From an uncultured Methanosarcinales archaeon (GTDB taxonomy: Archaea > Nanobdellota > Nanobdellia > Woesearchaeales > UBA9642): DNA of 54,211 nt. The position numbers were made by a program, and so were the translations under genes. This document shows, piece after piece, positions 16,679-25,025 of the stretch (the stretch's first letter is position 1; every line of letters begins with the position of its first letter). The stretch is from the NCBI GenBank assembly GCA_964605945.1, contig CAZSEK010000001.1:1-54211 (forward strand). Direction: 5' to 3'. The notes beneath the pieces were generated by a model. The model ran no database searches. It saw only the letters and a list, made by a program, of their open reading frames with translations, and was not told the origin of the DNA.

Positions 16679-17410
16679 TTATTTCTTCATTTTTTCAATC
16701 AAGAATTTAATATGATGTTTAAAAGAATCTGCAACTTCTTTGCTGTCAATAAGAACTATTACGGGTATATCTGTCCATATAAATAAAACTGTTTTTTTAC
16801 CATATGTTCCAACAGTAACAGGAGCAGAATATTCTTTTGGGATTTTTATGTTTTTGTAAAACAAACCCTCTAAAGGCAATTTCCCCTCACTATAAAGTTG
16901 GATTGTTTTGATTTTTTTCTCTGCTTTTTCTCTTATGTATTTTTTTAAGATGAATTCAGGCAAATATTTATAACTTTCATCTGTACCGCCCCAGGCATAG
17001 ATTTCATGACCTTCTTTAACAATATCATTTAGAGCTGTTTTAAGTCCTTCAGGTCCTTCAAGAACTTCTACAACAGGTTTGTTTAATTTTGGTGTCTGAA
17101 GTTTTTTTAATTCAGGAACTAATTTTTTAATATCTTGTTTTTGTTTTTCTAACAATTTCTCTTTATATTCAACATACTCTATTAATTTATCTGGTGCTCT
17201 CGCTTGAAATATTTTTCTATTGTTTTTCAGGACATAACTTATTATTCCTTTATCTATTAAATGTTCTAATGCATCATAAACGTATGTTCTTGTAATCTTA
17301 GACCTTGATGCAATCTCACTGGCTAAAGAATCTCCATGAATGACTAAATCAAGATAAACATCCACTTCTGAATCAGTCAATCCTAATTGTTTCAATACAT
17401 CTTTGTCCAT
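16679..17410 (-). CDS. TrmB-family transcriptional regulator
   Basis: N-terminal wHTH LGLTDSEVDVYLDLVIHGDSLASEIASRSKITRTYVYDALEHLIDKGIISY. Length and coiled-coil linker are typical of TrmB. Confidence 0.75.
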   Translation of the reverse strand: MDKDVLKQLGLTDSEVDVYLDLVIHGDSLASEIASRSKITRTYVYDALEHLIDKGIISYVLKNNRKIFQARAPDKLIEYVEYKEKLLEKQKQDIKKLVPELKKLQTPKLNKPVVEVLEGPEGLKTALNDIVKEGHEIYAWGGTDESYKYLPEFILKKYIREKAEKKIKTIQLYSEGKLPLEGLFYKNIKIPKEYSAPVTVGTYGKKTVLFIWTDIPVIVLIDSKEVADSFKHHIKFLIEKMKK

Positions 17411-17443
17411 AATATTGGTGAGATAAATGTATTTATAAAGTTA

Positions 17444-17462
17444 TTGTCAGATAACCTGACAA
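17444..17462. promoter_or_regulatory. Perfect palindrome TTGTCAG-ATAAC-CTGACAA between divergent TATA boxes (candidate TrmB operator)
   Basis: 7-5-7 inverted repeat lying between the minus-strand TATA (TTTATAAA, 17432-17439) and the plus-strand TATA (TTTATATA, 17469-17476). Confidence 0.45.
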
Positions 17463-17536
17463 CAAATATTTATATACTTGTTAATATGTTACTATTGTAT
17501 AGTTAGAATGAATAAATCAAATAAGGGAGAAATAAA

Positions 17537-17854
17537 ATGACTGAAAAAAAGAACATAAACATTGAAAATATTAAAGAAATTATATATAACATTAACGATA
17601 AAGGGGTTTTCACAGAAAGTGACAATCTTAATGATAAGCTTCTTGTAACATTTCCATTGCAAAAAACAGGTTTTTTTGTGCAAATGAAATCTGGTAAAGA
17701 TTCAGTCTCGTTAGACAGTATACTAATAGGAAATGAGTTGTTCAGAAGAAATTACAATGAAGGGAACGATATAGATTCAAAAAGCAGGGAAATTCTGTGT
17801 GAAATATATACTCTATGCTTAAAGGCTTACAATGCAGGTAAACAATATAAATGA
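17537..17854 (+). CDS. Hypothetical protein
   Basis: 105-aa ORF with a GGGAGA SD. No motif recognised. Confidence 0.5.
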   Translation: MTEKKNINIENIKEIIYNINDKGVFTESDNLNDKLLVTFPLQKTGFFVQMKSGKDSVSLDSILIGNELFRRNYNEGNDIDSKSREILCEIYTLCLKAYNAGKQYK

Positions 17855-17866
17855 TTGGGGTTAAAA

Positions 17867-18295
17867 ATGACTGATGCAAAAGATTCAGAACACATATGTG
17901 TATATTTAAAACAATTAGAGAGACTTATATCGGCAATTCCAAATATCTCAATCACAGGAAATAAGTATGATGTAATTTACATCAAAATACCTTATATAGA
18001 TATGGGAAGCATTCATGCATTTTTTGATGCCTCTAAAGATAGTCTAGAGTATCTTATTATTTTAGACGAAGAGAGAATGCCACATGAAAACAATCGTGCA
18101 TTTTTTGATGTTTCTGAAGAGAATTTAAAGAAGCTCGGTATTTTAAACAAAAAAGATGAGTTATATGAGATGGATTTTAATCTTCCCAAAATGTGTTGGA
18201 AAAATGAAGCTACTGAAAAGTATTTTTTACTTTTAACAAGGTTAGTTTATGAAGGATACAAAAGGGGAAATCAAAACGAGATGAATAAAAAATGA
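17867..18295 (+). CDS. Hypothetical protein
   Basis: The ATG at 17867 follows a GGGGTT SD (the track start 17855 overlaps the SD). Confidence 0.5.
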   Translation: MTDAKDSEHICVYLKQLERLISAIPNISITGNKYDVIYIKIPYIDMGSIHAFFDASKDSLEYLIILDEERMPHENNRAFFDVSEENLKKLGILNKKDELYEMDFNLPKMCWKNEATEKYFLLLTRLVYEGYKRGNQNEMNKK

Positions 18296-18588
18296 CAGAA
18301 GATACTGATAAAACTTTAGAGTGTAAAGTAAATAATATCACAGGAAAGAAGAAGATGATTGGAGGCTTAATTTCTGCAGGATATGGTATGACACTCGGAG
18401 TTGCAACAAGACTTACTTGCGGTAAAAATGCTTACGCACTTTGTGGTGGAGCTTTACTTGCCGGATGGTTAATTTCAAGTAATAGAAAAGGAAAGCCCAC
18501 TGAATATCTAATAAATATTGCAAGTTCTGAAGGATGTTATTATGCCGGGGTTTTTGCAACAGAATATGCTTTAAATTTAATGAAATAA
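18292..18588 (+). CDS. Small Gly-rich two-TM membrane protein
   Basis: ATGA overlap with the upstream gene. Helices GGLISAGYGMTLGVA and LCGGALLAGWLI. Confidence 0.5.
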   Translation: MTEDTDKTLECKVNNITGKKKMIGGLISAGYGMTLGVATRLTCGKNAYALCGGALLAGWLISSNRKGKPTEYLINIASSEGCYYAGVFATEYALNLMK

Positions 18589-18626
18589 TCCAAAAACAAA
18601 CAAAAATAAAGTGAGATGATTAAAAA

Positions 18627-18767
18627 ATGACAAGCTTAACAAAAATAATTGCAACGGCAGGGATTGTTGGATGTTTCGGATTAGTTGGGTGTGGAGAGAG
18701 AAAATCTTTCGTTTCTAAATGGAAACTAACGTCTACAACATCAGTTTCCAAATGGAAACCCATATAA
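18627..18767 (+). CDS. Possible 46-aa lipobox-type micro-protein
   Basis: MTSLTKIIATAGIVGCFGLVGCGE... Not in the ORF track because it is under 60 aa. Hydrophobic N-terminus with LVGC. Confidence 0.25.
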   Translation: MTSLTKIIATAGIVGCFGLVGCGERKSFVSKWKLTSTTSVSKWKPI

Positions 18768-18786
18768 GAATCATTACTCTAAAGAA

Positions 18787-19983
18787 TTATTTCCCCGAAT
18801 GTATCTCAACAACATCTAAATGCTTTAATTCGTGGTCTCTGCTGACAGGCATTTTCTTTTTGACATCAATTGCTTTAATGAAGTTCTGCCCAAAATCAGT
18901 ATGAAGCTTGAATGCAAAATCAAGTGCTGTTGTTTTAGGAGGCATTAAAAAACAATCAGGAAGTGTTCTTCCATATTGATCTGTTAATTTATTAACTCCT
19001 CCTGGAAATATTGCGATATAATGCAATAAATCAAAAACAGCGGCATTAATTGTTTCTTGCACGCCCGTCGAACCATACTTATTAATAACATTTTCTTTAA
19101 TAAAATTCAAAGCTGTTTTCTGCTTGTCATTTAATTTTCCCTCTATGAATTCAAAATCTTTTTCACCAGGAACATATTTTATTAATTCATGTTTTAATGC
19201 TTCTTTAAATGCTAATTCTGATTCTGCTGAACAGGGAATTATAATAAGTTCAGGAAATAATTTTTTTATTCTTTCATAATTTTCAGGTGCTGTTCTTAAA
19301 TCCATTTTGTTTGCTGCAATTATCATGGGTTTTGTTATTTTCCTCAATGCTTTTGCGATATTCATCAAATCATCATCTGTCCATGAAGCAGGTTTTTCTT
19401 TGTTGATATTTAATTTTTTTATAACATCCTCAACCATTTCTTCTGTTACTTTAAGACCAGATAATTGTTTTCCTAATGCCTTACATACATCAGAATGCTC
19501 CTGCTGAATTTGTCTTGCAAATCTTTCCCAGCCTTTGTTTATTATTCCTAAATACCAATAATCAATCTCTTCTTCCAAAAATTTAATATCATTTATAGGA
19601 TCATAATTTCCTAATTCAATCGGCTCTCCTCGTTCATTAGTTGAGCCTGCAAAATCAACAACATGAATCAATGCATCTGCCTGCCTTAAATCATCCAATA
19701 ACTGATTTCCTAAACCTTTTCCTTCGTGCGCTCCTGGAACTAATCCTGCAACATCCAAAACATCAACAGGAACAAATCTTTTGTGATTTATGCAGAATCC
19801 TTCTCTTGGATTGCATTGTGTATTAAAGAACGTGTCAACGCAGTCTATTTTAACAAATCCAATTCCATGATTTGGCTTGATTGTTGCGAACGGATAGTTT
19901 GCTATTAATATGTCTGCTAAAGTGAGAGCTTTAAAGAATGTAGATTTTCCTGTGTTGGCCTTGCCAACGACGCCTATAAGCAT
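18787..19983 (-). CDS. Obg-like P-loop GTPase/ATPase (YchF/Ygr210 subfamily) with a C-terminal TGS-like domain
   Basis: G1 motif GVVGKANTGKSTFF, followed by ANYPFATIKPNHG and DVAGLVPGA (G3). AANKMD is the G4 motif. C-terminal ...HELKHLDVVEI is TGS-like. Confidence 0.85.
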   Translation of the reverse strand: MLIGVVGKANTGKSTFFKALTLADILIANYPFATIKPNHGIGFVKIDCVDTFFNTQCNPREGFCINHKRFVPVDVLDVAGLVPGAHEGKGLGNQLLDDLRQADALIHVVDFAGSTNERGEPIELGNYDPINDIKFLEEEIDYWYLGIINKGWERFARQIQQEHSDVCKALGKQLSGLKVTEEMVEDVIKKLNINKEKPASWTDDDLMNIAKALRKITKPMIIAANKMDLRTAPENYERIKKLFPELIIIPCSAESELAFKEALKHELIKYVPGEKDFEFIEGKLNDKQKTALNFIKENVINKYGSTGVQETINAAVFDLLHYIAIFPGGVNKLTDQYGRTLPDCFLMPPKTTALDFAFKLHTDFGQNFIKAIDVKKKMPVSRDHELKHLDVVEIHSGK

Positions 19984-20004
19984 TTTATTTCACTCCGTAT
20001 TTTA

Positions 20005-20454
20005 TTAGTTCTGATTTATTTTTTCTTTTAATTTGAGATACATTTTTTTTGTAAATTCTATGATTTTTTCTGCATATTCTTTATCAAGAATGGTTCCGTA
20101 ATATAACATTCCATTTCTAAAAAATCTCAGCTGGTCTGCAAATTGCACATCTTTCTCATCAAATCCAATTATTCGCATATATGATACTTCAGCTTCATGC
20201 GCTCCCTGCCCAGAAGCATTATATCCTTCCAGAAGCATTTTTGCCCTTATTAATTCAAGCAATATATCGTAACATGATTTTATAAAATCATTAGCATTAT
20301 CGTTATTTAATTTTATTTTCTGTATTTTTTCCAATAAATTCTTATGGCTATTTTCCGCTTCTTTAATCAAAAATTCTGCTCTTGATTTATCTATGCTTTG
20401 CTTCTTAACAATTCTTTCATTAACAAATTCTCCAAATTGTTTTATTGGTCTCAT
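20005..20454 (-). CDS. HEPN-domain protein (toxin partner of the MNT)
   Basis: 149 aa, helical. LRFFRNGMLYYG resembles the HEPN (PF05168-type) R-N...Y motif. ATGA overlap with the upstream NTase gene. Confidence 0.6.
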   Translation of the reverse strand: MRPIKQFGEFVNERIVKKQSIDKSRAEFLIKEAENSHKNLLEKIQKIKLNNDNANDFIKSCYDILLELIRAKMLLEGYNASGQGAHEAEVSYMRIIGFDEKDVQFADQLRFFRNGMLYYGTILDKEYAEKIIEFTKKMYLKLKEKINQN

Positions 20455-20999
20455 AATTCAATACTCCCAGTAAGTATGATTCCATTGCATAAATTTTCTT
20501 TCAGATTTTTATGTATGCTTTTGAAATCATTATAAAAGTTAAGGTTAATTTTTCTTTCTAAATATGTTTCATAAGTTGCTAAATCAAATAATTTATCCTT
20601 TCTGCCTATCACTGCAATATCTATGTCTGAATTCATTATATCTTCGCCTCGCGAATAACTTCCGAATAAAATTATAGTTGCTCCGGCAAACTCTTTTTCT
20701 AAAAAATCCGCTAATCCTGACTCATAAAGCTGCTTTAAATTATCAATATACTTTAATTGCATTATCTTGTGATTTTCTCTGTTTAATTCAATCGCCCATC
20801 TTCTTGACTCTTTATCCTGTTGAATATTTATTATGTTTTCCTTTTCTAAATAAGGTAATGCTTTCATTACTGCTGGCTGTGTGACTTCTAAAAAATTTGC
20901 AATCTGTCTTTGATTTAATGATGAACCTGCCTTTACAAATAGCAGTCTTAAAATTTCCTGCTGAAGATTTGTTAACTTAAGTTTATATATATTTACCAT
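20451..20999 (-). CDS. wHTH-fused minimal nucleotidyltransferase (MNT)
   Basis: ILFGSYSRGEDIMNSDIDIAV is the GS-x(n)-D-x-D NTase signature. N-terminal MarR-like wHTH. Own BRE/TATA ~25 nt upstream. Confidence 0.8.
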   Translation of the reverse strand: MVNIYKLKLTNLQQEILRLLFVKAGSSLNQRQIANFLEVTQPAVMKALPYLEKENIINIQQDKESRRWAIELNRENHKIMQLKYIDNLKQLYESGLADFLEKEFAGATIILFGSYSRGEDIMNSDIDIAVIGRKDKLFDLATYETYLERKINLNFYNDFKSIHKNLKENLCNGIILTGSIEL

Positions 21000-21038
21000 A
21001 ATTAATAGATATTTACTTGGGTTTATATATTTTTCGAT

Positions 21039-21092
21039 TTATAGTGCTGAAAAAACAACTACATTTGCTTTTCCTACGACACCGATTAACAT
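21039..21092 (-). pseudogene. Fossil 5' end (promoter plus first 10 codons) of an Obg-like GTPase gene
   Basis: It encodes MLIGVVGKAN then diverges to a stop after 17 aa. The 10 aa are identical to the start of the 18787-19983 gene. 21/30 nt are identical and all 9 differences are synonymous. TTTATAAA lies 22-29 nt upstream on the minus strand (21114-21121). Confidence 0.55.
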
Positions 21093-21302
21093 ATTCTTGA
21101 GAATTGAATAGGGTTTATAAATGTTATTTTGATATAGTGGAAGACAAAAGTAATTCATAATTATTTATTTTGTCTTCCAATATTTTAGAATGCGATTCAA
21201 TAATATAATTATGTCACATTCTAATAACTCAAAAACAATAAACTATTAAAACACTTGATTATTTATATGAAGATGACGCACGAACACGCACATAAAGAAA
21301 AT

Positions 21303-22328
21303 ATGACAACAAAACAAAGATTTGAATTAGTTGCAAGAAACACACAAGAAATAATAACAGAAGAAGAATTAAAAAAATTAATTGAAGAGAAGAAACATCC
21401 TTCTATATATCTTGGAACTTCTGTCACAGGCAGACCACACATAGGATATTTTGCGTGGGTTCAGAAATTAGCTGATTGTTTAAAAGCAGGATTTAAAGTC
21501 AAAGTTTTATTGGCAGACATTCACGGTGCATTAGATAATACTCCTTGGGAATTATTAGAAAAAAGATACAAATATTATGCAATTGTAATACCCGCAATGA
21601 TTGAAGCAATGGGAGGAGACCTGGAACATTTTGAAATAGTCAAAGGTTCTGATTTTCAGCTTGAAAAAAAATACGTTCTTGATATTTTAAAAATGTCAAC
21701 ATTTACATCTGTAAATGACTGCACAAGAGCAGCATCTGAAGTTGTAAAGATGGGTGATAATCCAAAACTTTCTGGTCTTATCTATCCAATAATGCAAGCT
21801 GTTGATGAGGAATATCTTAATGTTGATGTACAGCTGGGTGCAATAGACCAAAGAAAGATTCTTGTATTTGCTCGTGAATTCTTGCCTCAAATAGGTTATG
21901 CAAAAAGAATAGAATTAATGATTCCGTTCATAAGAGGATTAACACAAGAAGGAAAAATGTCAAGTTCGAATAAATCATCTAAAATAGATTTATTAGATGA
22001 TGAAAAAATAATAAAAGACAAACTAAAAAATGCTTACTGCCCAGAAGGAGATCCTGAAAATGGAGTCCTTGAATTTGCAGAAACAGTAATAATGACTCAA
22101 AAAGAAGACAAAGGAGAGGAATTCATAATTGAAAGACCAGAAAAATGGGGTGGAAATTTAATTTTCAAAACAAAAGAAGAGCTTCATGATGCATTCACAT
22201 CAAAACAACTTCATCCAATGGACTTAAAAACAGGACTGGCAAAAGAAATCAATATTCTTCTAGAACCAATAAGAAAAAAATTCCATGGAAAAGAGCATAT
22301 TATTAAGGATGCTTACGGAGATAGCTAA
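21303..22328 (+). CDS. tyrS: Tyrosyl-tRNA synthetase, archaeal type
   Basis: HIGH-type motif (GRPHIGY) and KMSKS-type motif (GKMSSS). From memory it is collinear with M. jannaschii TyrRS starting at MTTKQRFELVARNTQEIITEEEL, so the 16 codons upstream in the track ORF are probably not translated. Confidence 0.9.
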   Translation: MTTKQRFELVARNTQEIITEEELKKLIEEKKHPSIYLGTSVTGRPHIGYFAWVQKLADCLKAGFKVKVLLADIHGALDNTPWELLEKRYKYYAIVIPAMIEAMGGDLEHFEIVKGSDFQLEKKYVLDILKMSTFTSVNDCTRAASEVVKMGDNPKLSGLIYPIMQAVDEEYLNVDVQLGAIDQRKILVFAREFLPQIGYAKRIELMIPFIRGLTQEGKMSSSNKSSKIDLLDDEKIIKDKLKNAYCPEGDPENGVLEFAETVIMTQKEDKGEEFIIERPEKWGGNLIFKTKEELHDAFTSKQLHPMDLKTGLAKEINILLEPIRKKFHGKEHIIKDAYGDS

Positions 22329-22358
22329 ATTTAAAAACCTCCCCCATATTCTAAATAT

Positions 22359-23291
22359 ATGAATGAATTTAATGAATTTTTCACAAACAAAGAAGAATTA
22401 ATATCCGAAGAAAAATATAAGGAAATAGTTAATTCTCTCAAACCAAAAGAAGAGTTAGATGAAGATATAACCGAATCAAAAATAGCATTAAAACTTAAAA
22501 AACTCGTCGATGATTCTATTAAGAAAAGAATTGAAAATACAGATGAAGTAGGAATATTATTTTCAGGAGGATTAGACAGCAGTTATATTGCTGCAATGTG
22601 CAAAAAATTAAAAGTAAATTTCAGCTGTTATTGTGTTGGATTTCAAGATGGACAATTTAAAATGCCTGAAGACATAATCCATGCAAAAGAAGTTGCCAAA
22701 TTTCTAAAATTAAAAGAAGATGAATTCAAATTCAAGATATTTGATCTGAAAGAATCAGAAGCAATAATATCAAAAACAGTCAAAATATTAAATTCTTCGA
22801 AATATAATAAAATCACTGCGTTAAATAATGTTGTTAACGTAGGAGTTGGAGCAGTAGTTGTGGCTGGTTACGAAATATCAGCTCATCAACCAATTTTCTT
22901 TTCAGGTCTTGGCTCTGAAGAATTATTTGCAGGTTATGACAGGCATAAGAAAAACCCGACAAATGAAGAATGTTTTTCAGGATTATTGAATATGTATCAA
23001 AGAGATCTATTAAGGGATGCAGTAATTTCAAATGCACTAAAATTTGAATTCAGAACTCCCTTCCTAGATAAGGAATTAATAAAATATTCATTAGCTATTC
23101 CAATTAAATTCAAAGTTAATGATACAAGCTCTAAATTAATCATGAGAAAAGCAGCATTTTCAGAATTGGATAAATTCTCAGAAAGACCAAAAAAAGCAGC
23201 ACAATACGGAAGCTGTTTCGACAGGGCAATTGCCAAACTTGCAAAAAAGAACGGCTTTGAATTCAAGAAGGAGTATTTAGCGTCAATATAA
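22359..23291 (+). CDS. Asparagine synthetase-like PP-loop ATP pyrophosphatase (synthetase domain only)
   Basis: GILFSGGLDSSYIA is the AsnB SGGLDSS motif. At 310 aa there is no Ntn glutaminase domain. Leaderless-type TATA sits ~25 nt upstream. Confidence 0.65.
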   Translation: MNEFNEFFTNKEELISEEKYKEIVNSLKPKEELDEDITESKIALKLKKLVDDSIKKRIENTDEVGILFSGGLDSSYIAAMCKKLKVNFSCYCVGFQDGQFKMPEDIIHAKEVAKFLKLKEDEFKFKIFDLKESEAIISKTVKILNSSKYNKITALNNVVNVGVGAVVVAGYEISAHQPIFFSGLGSEELFAGYDRHKKNPTNEECFSGLLNMYQRDLLRDAVISNALKFEFRTPFLDKELIKYSLAIPIKFKVNDTSSKLIMRKAAFSELDKFSERPKKAAQYGSCFDRAIAKLAKKNGFEFKKEYLASI

Positions 23292-23292
23292 T

Positions 23293-23442
23293 AAAACACC
23301 GCAGCCTTTCGCTCATTCGATTATTTAGTTTATACAGCAATTCATCTTGCAATTACCCAGAGGGTTGCAGGAACGCAGTGACTGTATTCTTGCTGTATTA
23401 ATCTTTTATTAGAATATCGCTCACTTAGGGCGGCGGTGTTTT
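23293..23442 (+). ncRNA. Candidate structured RNA / riboregulatory leader (three nested helices)
   Basis: P1 is AAAACACCGCAGCC (23293-23306) paired with GGCGGCGGTGTTTT (23429-23442), 13/14 bp and GC-rich in an AT-rich genome. P2 is ATACAGCAA/TTGCTGTAT (9 bp). P3 is CTTGCAA/TTGCAGG, closing a loop that contains CCCAGAGGG. The P1 3' arm abuts the ATG at 23443. Confidence 0.35.
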
Positions 23443-23727
23443 ATGCGAAATCTTTATAAATATCTAACATATAATACGACTATGGCAAATGAAAACAAAT
23501 GGAATTATATGATTGCGCTCGGATGTATTGTTGGAATTGTTTTTATGACTTATTTTGTTTTGAACAATGCAAACACAGCAGTTGCATCAAATTCTGACAC
23601 AGCAGGGCAAGTATATAGTGCAACAGATGCAAATACAGATACAACTTTACCAACTACAGGACTTCAAGTATCACATCCTGATACAGACGCATCAAAAACA
23701 TATGCTTATTTAGACAGCACACGATAA
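23443..23727 (+). CDS. Small membrane-anchored Thr/Asp/Ala-rich protein
   Basis: 94-aa ORF with one TM helix (YMIALGCIVGIVFMTYFVL) and a low-complexity extracellular tail. Confidence 0.4.
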   Translation: MRNLYKYLTYNTTMANENKWNYMIALGCIVGIVFMTYFVLNNANTAVASNSDTAGQVYSATDANTDTTLPTTGLQVSHPDTDASKTYAYLDSTR

Positions 23728-23768
23728 TAAATTATTCTAATAACCTTTAAAAACAACCCATATATTCT

Positions 23769-24989
23769 ATGATTATGCACTGGAACCAGAAATACAAGCC
23801 AAAGAAAACAGAGGAAATATTTGGACAGGAAATTGCAATTACAAACATAAAAAAACACATCAAATTTCACAGCAAAACAAAAAAAGCACTTCTTCTTTAT
23901 GGCCCTACAGGCACAGGAAAAACATCGGCAATACACGCTCTTGTAAATGAGCTTGATTTGGAATTAATCGAAGTCAATGCATCTGATGCAAGAAATTCTG
24001 AAGCACTTGAACAAAAAATAATGCCTGCAATAAAACAGCATTCGCTGTTCGGCAAAGGAAAACTCATACTTATAGATGAAATAGACGGGCTTGCAGGAAG
24101 AGAAGACAGGGGAGGAGTTGCAACAATTGTAAAATTAATTGAAAACAGCAGTTTCCCCATTATACTTACAGCAAATGACCCTTGGGAACAGAAATTCAAT
24201 GCAATACGGCAAAAATCTATAATGATTGAATTCAAAGCAGTTTCATTTTTAGCAACAGTCTCTCTGCTTAAAGAAATAATTGAAAAAGAAAACATCAAAA
24301 TAGATGAAGATGCTTTGAATTATCTTGCAAGAGGTGCGAGTGGAGATGCAAGAGCAGCAATAACTGATTTGCAGAATGTTTCTTCAACAAAACTAAAAAA
24401 TAAACAAAGCATAAACAAAGAAGATGTTACTAATACTTCAGACAGAGAAAAAGAAGATACAATAATAAATGCATTATTAAAAGTTTTCAAAACAACCAAT
24501 CCCGATATAGCACTTCAGGCATATAACAACATAGATGAAGATATTAACAAGATTTTTTTATGGCTTGATGAAAATCTTCCAAAAGAATATACAAAAATAG
24601 AGGATCTCGCAAATGCATATGAAAATATGTCTTTGGCTGATGTTTATTTCGGAAGAATAAGAAGATGGCAGTACTATAGATATTATGTATATATTTATCA
24701 ACTCCTAAGCGCAGGAATTGCACTATCCAAAAAAGAGAAAAATCCTAATTTCATACAATACGGACCAACTCAAAGAATATTAAAAATATGGATGGCAAAC
24801 CAGAAAAATGCAAAAAGAAAAGACATTGCAAAAAAACTTGCTCCACAACTTCACACATCTGCAAAACAAACTTTCAAAAACATGTCTTATTTTAAAGTTC
24901 TTGCAAAACACGGAGATAAAAAATTCATTGATGCATTCACAAAAGAATTTGATCTGGATAAAGAAGAGCTGGAAGCATTAAAAAGATAG
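23769..24989 (+). CDS. rfcL: Replication factor C large subunit
   Basis: WNQKYKPK..EIFGQE N-terminus. Walker A LLLYGPTGTGKTS. NASDARN. Walker B LILIDEIDGL. ILTANDPWE. Confidence 0.85.
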   Translation: MIMHWNQKYKPKKTEEIFGQEIAITNIKKHIKFHSKTKKALLLYGPTGTGKTSAIHALVNELDLELIEVNASDARNSEALEQKIMPAIKQHSLFGKGKLILIDEIDGLAGREDRGGVATIVKLIENSSFPIILTANDPWEQKFNAIRQKSIMIEFKAVSFLATVSLLKEIIEKENIKIDEDALNYLARGASGDARAAITDLQNVSSTKLKNKQSINKEDVTNTSDREKEDTIINALLKVFKTTNPDIALQAYNNIDEDINKIFLWLDENLPKEYTKIEDLANAYENMSLADVYFGRIRRWQYYRYYVYIYQLLSAGIALSKKEKNPNFIQYGPTQRILKIWMANQKNAKRKDIAKKLAPQLHTSAKQTFKNMSYFKVLAKHGDKKFIDAFTKEFDLDKEELEALKR

Positions 24990-25025
24990 ACATAAAGTTT
25001 ATAAATTCTTATATTCTATTTTATT

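Noticed and set aside
21255-21302. TTG-initiated 16-codon extension of tyrS
   Set aside because: Collinearity with archaeal TyrRS starts at MTTKQRF (21303). A TATA-like TTTATATG lies inside the extension.
23293-23442. Identification of the nested-helix element as SRP RNA, RNase P RNA or an H/ACA or C/D sRNA
   Set aside because: At ~150 nt it is too short for archaeal SRP or RNase P RNA. I found no GGAAAGUCC-type CR-I motif, no helix-8 SRP motif, no ACA box and no C/D boxes. It is kept only as an unclassified candidate.
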